Assembly (NCBI GenBank): GCA_001949185.1
Contig: BDGG01000016.1
Span: forward strand, 765,759-829,758
DNA from: Ramazzottius varieornatus
Taxonomy: Eukaryota > Animalia > Tardigrada
Direction: 5' to 3'
Length of the DNA: 64,000 nucleotides
Below are positions 1-11,448 of this stretch, piece by piece; position 1 is the stretch's first letter; every line of letters begins with the position of its first letter. The notes under the pieces are model-generated. The model ran no database searches and was not told the origin of the DNA. It saw only the letters and a list, made by a program, of their open reading frames with translations. Both the position numbers and the translations under genes were made by a program.

Positions 1-157
1 CATTTCGCTTTCTCTAGTGATGTTTTATGTGATACCGTACTCTTCGATCGTACTTTTGTGACAGAGCTTCCAGGATGGGTTTGCGAACCAAGTGGTGATT
101 CTGAGATAACTGAATGTTGGGCTGTAATTTCAGTAAAGTACTAATCAAGGCCTCTGA

Positions 158-865
158 TTGTACCGCCTTACGACCCCGCCCGGATTGTCGATTTATTTGC
201 CACTTTTACAACAATATTTCTTGATAATTTACGTTTCTACGTGTGCTAACGCGCTAGTACCATGTCCAGTTTTGATCAGTGAATTCAACGGTTGGAGACA
301 CGATGATTCTGAGTTTCCCCACTACGTGGAACTCAGGATTTTGTGTATGTACAAGCATCGTCTTGACGGATACTCCTTGATAGTGTGGGATGGTTTGAGC
401 GATGTCTTGCAGTTTCAAATGGACCTATCTGGGCTATGGATACAACATTTTTTGGTTATCGACCAGCAGACTATAAACAGAGCAAATGTCTCAGGGTACT
501 CGCGATTTAATCGTGGCTGTTTGCTGCAAAACAAGGACGGTGGAGCCAATATGGTTGCCGTTTACTATGATTTCAGCCGGACAAACTTTTACGACGAAGG
601 ACAGTATTAGTTGTCAGCTCCACGAACCATCCTTCCGGAGCGCATTGTCGATTATGTGATGTACTTCTCTTCCGCTGACTATAACTGCACAGATCTTGAT
701 TACGCACAATACGTCGTGGATTTAATGGCCGGCGAGAGAAAAATACCTGCGCCCGCAGCAATAGGTATTGGGAAAAGTTCGGAATACAGCGTTTGCCGGC
801 ATCCAGAAGCACTTTCGACATCGATAAACAGGGAATACCATGAAGGTTTGATAGCCGTTTACTAG
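158..865 (+). pseudogene. Degenerate secreted lamin-tail-domain (LTD)-like protein
   Basis: Hydrophobic leader followed by CPVLISEFN...YVELR...LDGYSLIVWDG...LQNKDGGANMVAVY...IVDYVMY, resembling the LTD-like pattern INE...FIEL...LxGYxLVxYNG...LQNGxDAVALY. In-frame TAG at 608-610 and an 11-bp tandem duplication (TAGCCGTTTAC x2, 852-873) that creates a stop. Confidence 0.45.
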
Positions 866-2242
866 CCGTTTACTCATCATGCCAACGTGGTATCTTGATT
901 TGAACACAGCTTTTCTCAGACTCTTTCTATGGATGCTGTCCAACGCCCGGTGGACTAAATCAGTACGAAAAGATGTACAGCTCTTCAAAAATCTGTTCTG
1001 TACGGGTTAGGAGAGCCCCTACGCCGGAAAAGCGAAAGTGTTCTGTGATACAAGATGAGGATGCCGGAAGAAATGAGCTCGAAATCGGCAGAAACGACAG
1101 AAAAACAGGCAACTAAAGTGATGCCATCGACATCCGGGTGTTCCGCAAGCGTGAGTCATTTTAAATGAGATCCGTTATCAAAGTGCAACTCCGATTAAAT
1201 GTTAATTTCAAGATCTCTGGTTCAAATTTCACACGAAAGATCGTCTTGATCAGTCTCCTATCCATTTTAAACTTGGTCTCTAGTTTAACAGTCAAGAATG
1301 ATTTCGGCATCGACGATTCAGGCAGAAATGTTTGGACGAATTTCAGCCGGGCAGCAGCCGCGCAAGGGCATTTCTACCTTGGTCAGTATAACAAAAAAAT
1401 CTGTCGGCGGTGATGAGTCCCTTTATCTTCCGTCTCACCATCAGGATCTTTTTGCCTCCTACATAAAGGAGAAAGACAGATCGGAATGGTTAGCGTACCG
1501 TCTGACAGATGGAGCCATGTATTGTTACCATTGCTTCGATCTCTGGGCTGACCATCCTCAACACGAATCCGTCCGCCGCAAAGCCTGGTGTAACTTTTTT
1601 GGGGTCTACGCGAACTCAAGTACTCCTGCGGCAGACAGGCAGAAAGTCCTTCGGCATGAGAAAACACCCACGCACACCATGTGCACCGAGAGAGATACAG
1701 TGATGAAAGAAACACAGTTCGGGGATCTCTGGGTGGTTGACGAAACCATGAGATTGGAGCTAAGCAAGAATTATGCTCCCACTGTTGAAGTGTTAGATCT
1801 AGTCCACACTGAAGCTTATTCCTACCTATCTTATCCATCTCATGCGGAATTTATGAACGCAGGTAAAAGATACGGCGTCGATATGGGAAACTCACACATG
1901 TCGCGGTGAGCAGCTGGAAAAATCACGACTCACATCAGCATGAAGATGCGCTGTATGCTGGTGGCATGACTGACGAAGACACAGCCATATTTCGGTTTGA
2001 TGATAGACGAGTCCACCGACCGTGGTGGCTCGCAGAACCTCATTATGTACATTCGCGTCGAGATCGATAGAGACCCAGTGTCGTTCTTTTGGGACTAGTC
2101 AAACGAGCGCTGCAGACATCACTGACGCACTACTGGATGACTTAATCGCGTCACAGGCCAATGACTGGTTGAGTCTTAAGCGAGACTACATGGTCGGGAA
2201 GTGGGTTGGGTTCGCAACTGACGGTGCGTCGGCACTAACTGA

Positions 2243-2992
2243 CGCACGGCAGGACAGAAGCTACTCGACCAACCGCTATCGATAGCGTCATTTCCTTCAT
2301 TTGATTCACAATTCGCTTGACCATTATACAGTGTATGTGGGCGATACGCTCCCTGCTACGGTTGAGTTCCCTAGTTCCCGATGTTACAAATAACTAAGGA
2401 GAAGCGCACAGTTCTATTATAGCCGGTGACTTATCTGCACACGCAATGGTGTGGGGACCGATTACGCATACGACCCCTTCGCCGACTGAAATTGCGCACC
2501 GCATAGTAGTTGACCGTGAATTTAGAGTTAAGGGAGTGAGACCCTAGCGGGCATCCCTGGGTGTTTGGCGTCCATCGATAACGATGGTCGCGCCGCACTT
2601 CGCATAACACAGCACAGGCCTATGGTTTATTCAATGATGGAGGAATAGTCAAAGACCGCCGTATTGTATCCCCATTTAGCTATGAAAACTAAGTACATAC
2701 GGTGGCAGTAATGTACACTATCGTTTAATGCCGATTCATCTATCAGGGAACGTACTAACATTCAGAGAAATCAGGAATGGGCATCTATTAGGAATCTAAG
2801 GGTTTACATTGTTAACAGTGAATTCTGAGGAAGAGCTACGAGAATATGGATTCGATAGTGGTCTCTGTCGTGTAAGTGCCAATTCTACATAATCACATGA
2901 AAGTTCTAATGAGGTGCTCCCCCAGTCGTGCGTTATGGGTATCACCCTGGAACAATAAACCCATTAAAAGTGCTCACATTCCGTAACGAGTC
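2243..2992. other. Unidentified ~750-bp insertion inside the hAT transposase
   Basis: hAT homology stops after TDGASALT and resumes at GIPSGGLG (~2994). No clear TIR or TSD; boundaries approximate. Confidence 0.5.
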
Positions 2993-4226
2993 AGGAATAC
3001 CTTCAGGTGGCCTTGGAACAAACTTCCAACATTCGATAACTCATACGTGTGTGCCGTATCATTTGAGGTTTAGCGCGGCCATGATCTTCGCCCACACGCA
3101 CCGGAAATATTAAACGTGTCTGCACTATAAGAAAAGATGACACTCCGGTGATACCATTGACGGTCAATGGAGCAGACAATGTAGGATATGCCCGCTGATA
3201 ATATTTCAACGTATCGTTCGTGGTTGTGCATCTGATGAGCATCTGACGAGCTATGGTCCCCAAAAGCCACAAGAAGACTTCAAAACGTAATGGATCTTCT
3301 GGACCGAGATTTCCTGCAGCCCAAAAAGCTTCTAGAGATCCGGTGGGTAGCGTCGAAGCAGGTCGCGATACGAGCGATTATTCGCGACTGCAACGGACTT
3401 TTCTTAGACATTGGTGAGGCCGTGACCTTGGTGGCTGAAGGTGGCCCCCTGAAAGCTCGGTTGACCAACCTCTACAACTTTATCACATCAACTCAGTTCC
3501 TCTTGACTCTTCACTTTCTTCAAGCTCACATCACTGAGCTATCCAGATTAGCGGCGAAGTTTTAGAGGGAAGATTACCGGGTTTTCGACTTACATGACAC
3601 CCTGGAAGAGTTCGTGAAGGTTCTTAACAGTTGGGAGCATAACGAGTCACCGTCGGCGCTGAAGGACAAAATTAAGTTCCAACATGGCTTAGTCTTCTTT
3701 GAGGAGCGTCCAGAAACAATCGGTACACCAGTTAACAGCAAGAAACAATTAATCGTGCCGATAAAATCAAATATAGGCAAAGCTTTTCTTCCTGTTTTCT
3801 TTACTGCAGACTATAACCGCAACTCTGTTACGGCTTTCCGCAAGGCCTCCGTGGACTTACTGCAAAATTTTCTCATATTCTTCAACTTGCGTTTCCCCGA
3901 AACGGAAGCGACGAGACACATCCGGGTGTTCCAGTTAAGCAACATTTTTCGCCAGAACGGCCTTGTGGTGATACACAGATACAAGTGCTAGCCCGATACT
4001 TTGGATTCAACCCGCTTACCGTCCAAGCACAGTGCACCAAGTTCAAAGCAGAGTATACAACAAAATTCGAGCCAGTCTACTGGATGAAGGAAGACGCCAT
4101 TCACATGCACAACATACTGCGTGAAAGACAAATCGTCTTCGAAGACGAAGACTCGAAGATGGAACAGCTGTTTGTTGTCGCTTCTGTACTTCCGGTCAGT
4201 ACGGCAATTTGCGAACAAGGAATGTA

Positions 4227-5386
4227 CAGTCCGGTCGCTCGAGAAGTGGACACCATTCTTCGATTTCAAAATTGCAAAATTGCGGAAAACACAAGAGTGC
4301 TCACCATAAGTACTTTTGACTTATTGTTCGTTAGTTCATTCACGCAACAGAAGTACCCTGTTGCTCACGCTTTGTTTCTCTGCTAAAAGTTCCGAACATT
4401 CTCTTGCTTATCGCACCGCGTCATTATCGAACAAGCATCGGAGATTCAGCCGTAAATTTTAAAATTGAGGATCCGTTCGACAGACGGAGGTTCAATGGAG
4501 TACATCTTGCGTATAATCAGCGAACAACGAAAGGCACTTCCGGTGGAGCCTTGCAACCGACAGATCCCTGTATCGAGAAAACGGAACTCGCTCACCACAG
4601 AGATGGCCTGTTTCTCATCCTACTATCGGACTCGATGTTGTCGGTGGAGCAAGAACACTCGATAGGCATACATTGGGTGAAAAGCGGACGATACTGGAAC
4701 TCTACCCTTCTTAGTCATGTTTCGCTGTAGTGCGTCTGGCGAAAAGCTCCCTCCTCTCACCATTGGCCGATCCAAGAAGCCGCATGCCTTTACTAAGGCA
4801 AAACTGGACTTCAAAAAAGCGGGCTGTACCTGGGTGAGCAACAAAAAGGCCTGGATAACGGGAGTTTTCTTTGCCTTTCGGCTAACAGAAGTCAACAAAA
4901 TGAAAAAACAGATTCGTAAGATTCTGCTTTGGCTGGACAACGCATCAGGTCATAAGGTCGACAGTCCATCCCACGTGAAGTTCGTTTTCTTGCTTCCGAA
5001 ACAGACTAGCAGAATTCAACCGCTTGTTCAAGGAATAATCAAAGCCTTTCAGGCACGTGAAAGCGCTGCGAAGGCCGAGCATCGCCGAGCAAACAGAAAG
5101 AACTTTCAAAACCTCGAGGAGTACAAGGAGTCCCTTACAGCCTTGCATTCTGTTAAGTGGATCATGAAGAGATGGGCAGATGTTGACGACTCGACTATAC
5201 GAAATTGCTTTCGAAAATCTGGCGCTTTTGACATGGCGGAAAAGAAGTGTTGATTTTCTTTCATGTTGATTGTCAGTGGACTCTTGACGTCACCCTCTTC
5301 TTTTTCTGGCGAGCTGTACGGTAAATGTTTGACTGGCGAAAAATAAAAATGGAAGAACGATGTCTACTTCTCGAACGACCGGACTG
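4227..5386 (+). mobile_element. Tigger/pogo (Tc1/mariner superfamily) non-autonomous DNA transposon, 1160 bp
   Basis: TIRs CAGTCCGGTCGCTCGAGAAGTGGACA and reverse complement CAGTCCGGTCGTTCGAGAAGTAGACA (24/26 identical), TA target-site duplications at 4225-4226 and 5387-5388, internal DDE_1 remnant. Confidence 0.93.
4717..5253 (+). pseudogene. Tigger-type DDE_1 transposase fragment
   Basis: ASGEKLPPLTIGRSKKP, NKKAWIT, LLWLDNASGH, TSRIQPLVQGII (third catalytic Asp of QPLDQG replaced by Val). No N-terminal HTH recognisable. Confidence 0.85.
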
Positions 5387-6612
5387 TAATCCAGAATGTA
5401 ATCAAAACTATACGTCAAACTCGACTGAACGAACAAAGCTTGGACGCGCTCATGCGGATAGCGATAAACGGGCCGCCACCAGGAGAGATGGACTTCCTGA
5501 ATATCATGTCATGGGTGCGGTCTGGCAATTTTTTTTCTGAGTGGACTCCACCCCAAGCAAGTGCTGATAGTGAGGATCTCGAAGAAACAGACTGGCAGCA
5601 GATATTGACGCGATCAATATTGACAGCGTGCAAAAGTGTAACATTATACGCGGCAAATGGCCGGAGACGAGGTGAGCGTTTTTTAGCCGTATTTGTTCAT
5701 CTGAAGACAACTGATAGTCTGTGAGACATTGTGCCTTTCCTCGTAGAGAGAGGCAGGTTCGGAGCGTCACCATTACGATGTACAAAACACATCACTGTAC
5801 AGTCTCCCCCTGGAATATTTCTTGTACTTTCCACTTGGAATTACCGTCATATTCCGGATTCTCGACTAGGATCCGGAGCGAAAATTCGTGAGAGACCACA
5901 CAGTGATGTGTTTGGTAAACCGCACAGGAAGGGTCTCCACTCCAACGTTCGCGCAGTCATTTGTCTAACTTTTCCACTTACATGACTTACCCCCGCCAAA
6001 GATTTGGTACATGCAATAACCATTTCACTTCGAACTGTTGTAATTGTCCAGGTTTACTTGATTTTCGCAAAAAGTTACCACTCAAAATCATCAGTCGCCG
6101 TTGTGAGGTTTCACGCTCGAAGCATATATTTGGCGGCAGTTCATATGCACAAATCAAAAAGTACCCCTGTGGCCTGAAAACCTTAGCTTGTCGTGGTCCG
6201 GGGTGAATTGTTACCAGTACCGTTAGGTGATTCCATAGCTTCCATAACACAAATTTTCTGCTACATTTTCTCCGAAAATGCTCGCTCTCGTTGCCTTATC
6301 CTTGAGGTGGCTCTTCCGCCCGGAATTGTTGCCCAGCATAACCGTAATTTTGCCTCTAAAAGACGGTTCTACTTGTACTCCACTTTACAGATGGTCGTAA
6401 TCTACCGTGGTTAAATCATTCGTGACTTCCAATCAGTCCACACATATTGCCTGAGCTTGATTGTTGAATGATCGAAAATCATGGATGGTATAGTTGCGTC
6501 AGCCTACAACCATCGGTGAAGCTTCCTATGCCCTGAAACATGTCTTGTTTCCGGCGGTAAGAACCGTATCCAGCCTACTACGGTAGCTGGCAATATTACT
6601 GCCCTACCGGAA

Positions 6613-7163
6613 GTGAAGCTGGAGGAAAGTGTCCGCCAATGTCCCGCTGCACCTCCACGCCCACCTTCTCCTCCATGCCCGGCAGTACCTCCCTGCCCAG
6701 CTACTCCTCACTGCCCAACATACAACCGAACGGAGCACGACCTGGAACATCGAAATGATCGTGGTGCCAAGCACGAGGACATTGGAGATGGAAAGTGCCC
6801 CCCTCCGTCCGTGAAGACTTACTCGAAGGTTGCCGGCATGGAATTCGGCGCAGCCACATCCTGCAACGGAACGTCGCCGGAATTCCTCCTTACCTAGGAC
6901 TGGGTTCGACAGGCATGCTCTGCTTCACGGCCATCGCCCTAGGCTACTTGCAGTATCTGGGCAGGAGGTACCGACCAGCTCCAGCTGATTCGGCGGACAT
7001 GGCGGAGAAGGGATGGAAGGCCAAAAAGACACTGAACAACAGAAGCTGGGCCATCGCCGTCGAAACAGCTGGAGCTGATCGGTGCGTTGAGTCAGGATAC
7101 TGGTTTACTTTTTCGTTTGAATTTTCTTTTATTGACGTTTACCTTGTTGTTTTCCATATCTGA
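6613..7163 (+). pseudogene. Fragment of a Pro/Cys-rich single-pass membrane protein
   Basis: CPAAPP/CPAVPP/CPATPH repeats, then a frame change to a hydrophobic TM segment (GMLCFTAIALGYLQYL) followed by RRYRP. No intact model. Confidence 0.25.
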
Positions 7164-7835
7164 ACGGAGTCCTTCATTTTTGTGTGATACCGCGTTCGAC
7201 GCTGGATGTTCTATTGTTTTCTTCCCCTGATTGGACTTTTGTCCGCTTTGTACAGTTTTAACTTGTGGATGGTCACCCGATGTGTTGCCCTTCCCACTTC
7301 CGCTGCAGACGTAAACAATCAAGAGCTTGATCATGCGTTTAGCTCTCCAGCAACGCGCGGTTCAGCAGCAGGAAGGAAGGAGATTTATTAGCCTTGACAA
7401 TCTAGTCTACGGCCTCCTCGATGTTCAGAGGAATTTCCAACACTGTATCAGGTATAAAAACGAATCAGTTGAGCACCAAAGAGAAGTATCATTGGAAGAC
7501 ATACCGAGATTGCAGGAAAATTCTCCGCTCCAAAGAGCAGGTAGTCACATTCGAGCAAAATCGTACAATCAGCTGAGACACCATGGTTAGTATGGTACTT
7601 TAAACTACCGATGAAGTGGGACAGGTTTGGGTCCTACTCAGCGTAAAACAGCCCCCGGTCACGGTCTTTTTTCACTAATACTAGCAGCCGGAAACAGCTG
7701 ATCGATTATTTACAGTGGTTTCTCTGCCGATGGTCAGCAAGAGAACTTGATTTCTATCCGGCTGAGATAACGAGGTTTCCTTTGTCTCTTGCGCTTCCTC
7801 TTTTTTGCTCTGGAAATCTTGATATAGCCATTTTG

Positions 7836-9666
7836 ATGAGTCAGAACCATTACTCGGACGCTGAGAAGCGCCGGATCGCAGATGACTATCATGCTGAGAA
7901 GGCAATCAGCGGCGTGACCATCAGGGAATTCGCTGTCCGACTGAATATCCAGAAATCTACGTTGGGACGGTGGTTCAACATGCCTTCTGGACCTCCAGGA
8001 ATTAGGAAGAAACGTCCCGTTAGATACCCGAAGATGGAGGTCGAAGTTTACCAGTTCACTTTGGCGCAAAGGGCTCTCGAGCTCGAGTTACGGAATATCG
8101 ATCTTCAGGACAAAGCTCGCAAAATCGTGCTTCAGGACCATGGCGTCACAGACTTCAAAGCATCTGATATGTGGGTTCTGCGATTCAGGAAGACGTTCAA
8201 GCTTGTGTATCGCGCCATTACGCATATAGGAAGGAAGCTGACGTTTACAGCGGCGGATCTCTTAAGTGCAAGATTTCAAATCAATCTCCAGTTGATATTT
8301 CTGTTATGACCCACCATTCAGGAATATATCTACAACAAGAAAACCCCCAAGAGCAGAATCTTTAACTCTGACCAGACAGTGGTTCGTTGGTTACACCAGG
8401 GAAGAAAACTATCTCGCCTAAGGGACTCAAAACGGTACAGATTGCTTGAATTACCGTGTGTGCAGGTTTCGCTGTGTTTTGATTACTTTGGTGGGCAGGG
8501 TGGTTATATTGCTGCATGCAGTCTTATGGAGACAACGTACAGTCAATTTTTGATGTGGTCGTAGGTTTCGGTGAAGCACCCGCAGGGTGATAAGCAGGGA
8601 ATGCCGATCAATCTTACGATCGCACCTGACGGAACTAAATTCCCTGCCGAGATCGTCTTCAACGCAGCATCGAAAAGTGGACAGTTGTCAGATAACTTCG
8701 TGTCGGAACTGAAAGCTCCTTCTAATGTCATTATTAGAAGCGCTAGGAAAGCCTGGTGGAGCAGTAAGTTTGAGAAGGACCATGTTAACCGGTTGTTTCC
8801 GGCGCCCGTGAATAGGGGAACTTCGGTCTTGTTTCGAGATCACTTCTCGGTCCACGTCATGGAAGAAAGTACAGAACTACTTTTGGCACGGAACGTGCAG
8901 CAGATCATAATCCCACTGGGGATGACAGGTCAGCCACTGGACGTGAGCGTCAACAAGCCGTTCAAAGAATCCTTCAAGGTATGTCGTGCTCCGATTATTT
9001 CAGAATGCTCGAGCAAGCTCCCGGTTTTCCAAAAGGGAGCGCGGCAAACAGACTCGACGAGATCGTTGTCCCAAGCGGCGCAAGTTTCTAGCCACTTACA
9101 CTGACAACGTGCGCCACTAAAGTAAATAAACGTTCACCAACTGGCGCACGTTTTCAGTGGTGTTGGCTCCAAGCGTGCGCCACTTGAAAAACAGTCTGGT
9201 CATGTTGTTTGTTGAGCTTTCAAATGCTTCCCCGGCATTTTGTATAATCCGCAGACGACTGTAGCGTTTGCTTCTGAAGGCCGAATATCGGGCTTGGCGC
9301 AGAAATAATATCAGCTTCACAAAGAAAGGATACATTGCGCCCCCAGGGAAGATGGAGTTTGTACATATGATATCAAGATCGTGGGATAGAGTCACCGTTG
9401 ATACTGTGCGTAAATCATTTTACGCCTCCGAGATACTTCGAAAAGACGAAGAGCTTGAAGAAGAATACACTCCTCCAGCTATTCAGGAGGTTAATGCTGG
9501 ATATCCTACGCTCAGCGAGGGTGATACTGTTGACGAAAATGATAATGTTCTCGATGTAAGTTTCTACAAAAACTCTTCTTTTCTTCAGTCTGATGATAGC
9601 GAGATTGAAGATGGAAATGGTGCTAATAATTCTAGCGAGTCTGATGAAGAGATGGACGACCAGTAA
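7836..9666 (+). pseudogene. pogo/POGK-like transposase with introns (HTH + CENP-B HTH + DDE + acidic tail)
   Basis: REFAVRLNIQKSTLGRW; YPKMEVEV..FKASDMWVLRFRK; IFNSDQT, LFRDHFSVH, QPLDVSVNKPFK. GT-AG introns at ~8434-8564 and 8979-9264. In-frame TGA at 8307-8309 (or a further small intron) and a 1-nt frameshift near 8390. Confidence 0.8.
9041..9218. repeat. Palindromic N25 element, double core (pogo transposase intron)
   Basis: Cores 9073-9119 and 9139-9185, each 11-bp arm + 25-bp spacer + 11-bp arm, within outer arms GGCAAACAGACTCGAC... Confidence 0.9.
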
Positions 9667-9867
9667 ATTTGAATTTGTATATCATGTGTATGGTTCGCTC
9701 GAATAGAAATCGAGGTTAGTCGGGTTTAGCTGTCGTGGCTTTCCGAGAACGGACTGATAAATAAAAGCGAATTACAGCTAATCCCACTATATTTGAACTT
9801 TGCCAAGCGGGAGTTTTAACACTCACCGGGACCCAAATCTGTCCCCCTTCATCGGTAGTTTAAAGTA

Positions 9868-10823
9868 TACAGTGAGGTAAAAAATAAAAGCAGGTCCTCA
9901 TCCGAACTTCCAGGGAGGACGACCAGTTCTCCGCTTTCAGGAGAACGTCCACATCGCTGGTGTTGATTCCGATACGTCCGACAGTTGAAGACTTAGTATC
10001 GTCAGGACCGATGGGGAAGATGCGGACGAAACGAGGCTTCACCCCGATGCCTTGCAGGTATGCGGAGAGCTTTTCAGCGGTGATGTGCTTCGGAACAGCC
10101 CTGATGGCGAAATCGCGACTCCGAAGGCCTTGCGCTAGTAGTGGATTGGCTGTTATGGTCTTCTCGTCAGCCTGCTGAGTGCCTTTCATAATGACACGGC
10201 TTACCTTCCGCGGGACTCCATTGTTCTCCCGTAGCTGAGGTTTTCGTGCTGCAATGGAAGCGAACGTAGGGGTGGTGGCAGGCTGCTCCGTTGGAATGGG
10301 GGCACTAGGCTTGGTAGATGGGGTATCATTTGGCGGGACGAGCAGCCGTTGGGGGGTGTTCTCCAATGTGGACAATCTGTTCAGGATGGCTTCATGGCTA
10401 TCCCGTAGGATCCTGATTTCGCCTTTCAGCTTCTGATTCGCAACCTTTAAAGGCTTCGCCTAACGAATATATCGATGGCTGCCGTTGCCTCTATTGGCAT
10501 CTCCACTCCCGTGAAGTCAGAATACTTCGCTTCGACAGCTTCTCGCACTTTTCTCTTCATCGCTTCTTCCCTCTTGTACGGAAGCAGCAGGATGTTGTCG
10601 CGGAGGTCGTAGGTTGGTAGGTGCACATTCATAACAGGATATTCGTCCGCACTTGTTACGAACAAGGGAGCCCCAGGACTTCCGCACCCATTCGTCTTTA
10701 GATTGACCACAGCATTCCTATACCTTTTTACAGGAGCGTGTCTTTGTTCCCGGAGGTGGGAAGATTCATGGCCTTTAGCTGCTGTTTCAGGGATTCTTTC
10801 GATAGAATAGAGGGATCCGCCAT
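9868..10823 (-). pseudogene. Degenerate SAP-domain/coiled-coil/RRM-like ORF resembling a non-LTR retrotransposon ORF1
   Basis: MADPSILSKESLKQQLKAMNLPTSGNKDTL (SAP-like) from ATG 10823; coiled coil VANQKLKGEIRILRDSHEAILNRLSTLE; TFASIAARKP; FAIRAVP..ITAEKLSAYL..RIGI..ENWSSSLEVR. Two frameshifts (~10735, ~10447). Confidence 0.5.
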
Positions 10824-11448
10824 AGTAGTAGATACGGGTTGATTGTTGATTGTTGATTGCTCAAAAGAGCACGGAGTTTAATGACTGCCTGATTGTGATT
10901 GACAAATTGAAGCACATCAGTGCACGGGAGCCGGAAGTCATTCGGCGAAAAAGCCCGCTTTTGCTGAATCTCGTTTTCCGTTCCGTTACGTCAGAATAGT
11001 AACTGTTGCAATCGCGGTGAACAGATGGAACCATGATGGCTCGGACCGCAAGGCTATGTCAGCCTACTGGAAGTGAAGGCCGTAGGCTGAATCCCCCTCG
11101 TGCCAAATTAGCAGTCGGGAGATTTTCAAACGTGTCGAAGTAAAATGCTAACTCAGACGCCACTCCACTCTTGAAAGCGTTCCTCTTCGCTCAGGTTTCC
11201 AGATGGGTTGTGTCAGTTGGAACTTGGAAGCGAACCAAGTTCCTCGTACCAAGTTCCTCGTGTTGCAAGGTGTTTGTCCCGGACTGCCCCATACAAATCG
11301 TCCTCATCTGCAAAGAGTGGTCTTCTGGTGTATTTCTGACTTTGTAGGTTCGACCGTCCACCTGTCGAGCGTCGTCGCGCTTAGGATAATTTCCGGTGGA
11401 TATTCAGTGGCGCAGAACCGAACAGCGTCGAGCACAACAACACGCGCC

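Larger units (their letters stand above)
1055..5724 (+). pseudogene. Decayed hAT-family transposase (ZNF862/KIAA1586-like), interrupted by two insertions
   Basis: TTF-type zinc finger (WL..YCYHC...RHEKTPTH, 1298-1909), FGLMIDESTD (~1990-2020), WVGFATDGASALT (~2200-2240), HTCVPYHL (~3040-3065), LEIRWVAS, and a hATC dimerization domain split as LPVSTAICEQG (to 4226) / NVIKTIRQTRL..LDALMRIAINGP (from ~5395). Multiple stops and frameshifts. Probable first intron 1151-1291. Confidence 0.8.
7598..9865 (+). mobile_element. pogo-like DNA transposon, 2268 bp, complete ends
   Basis: 37-bp TIRs CTTTAAACTACCGATGAAG(T/G)GGGACAG(G/A)TTTGGGTCC (2 mismatches), flanked by TA at 7596-7597 and 9866-9867. Confidence 0.93.

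Noticed and set aside
608-610. Stop-codon readthrough joining ORFs 158-610 and 611-865
   Set aside because: Further stops and a frameshifting duplication follow; pseudogenisation is simpler.
2240-2994. Solo LTR (TG...CA ends)
   Set aside because: No target-site duplication and only weak terminal inverted similarity.
10838-10860. Short tandem repeats (GTTGATT x3; also 17227-17266 and 24260-24285)
   Set aside because: Ordinary slippage-type repeats.
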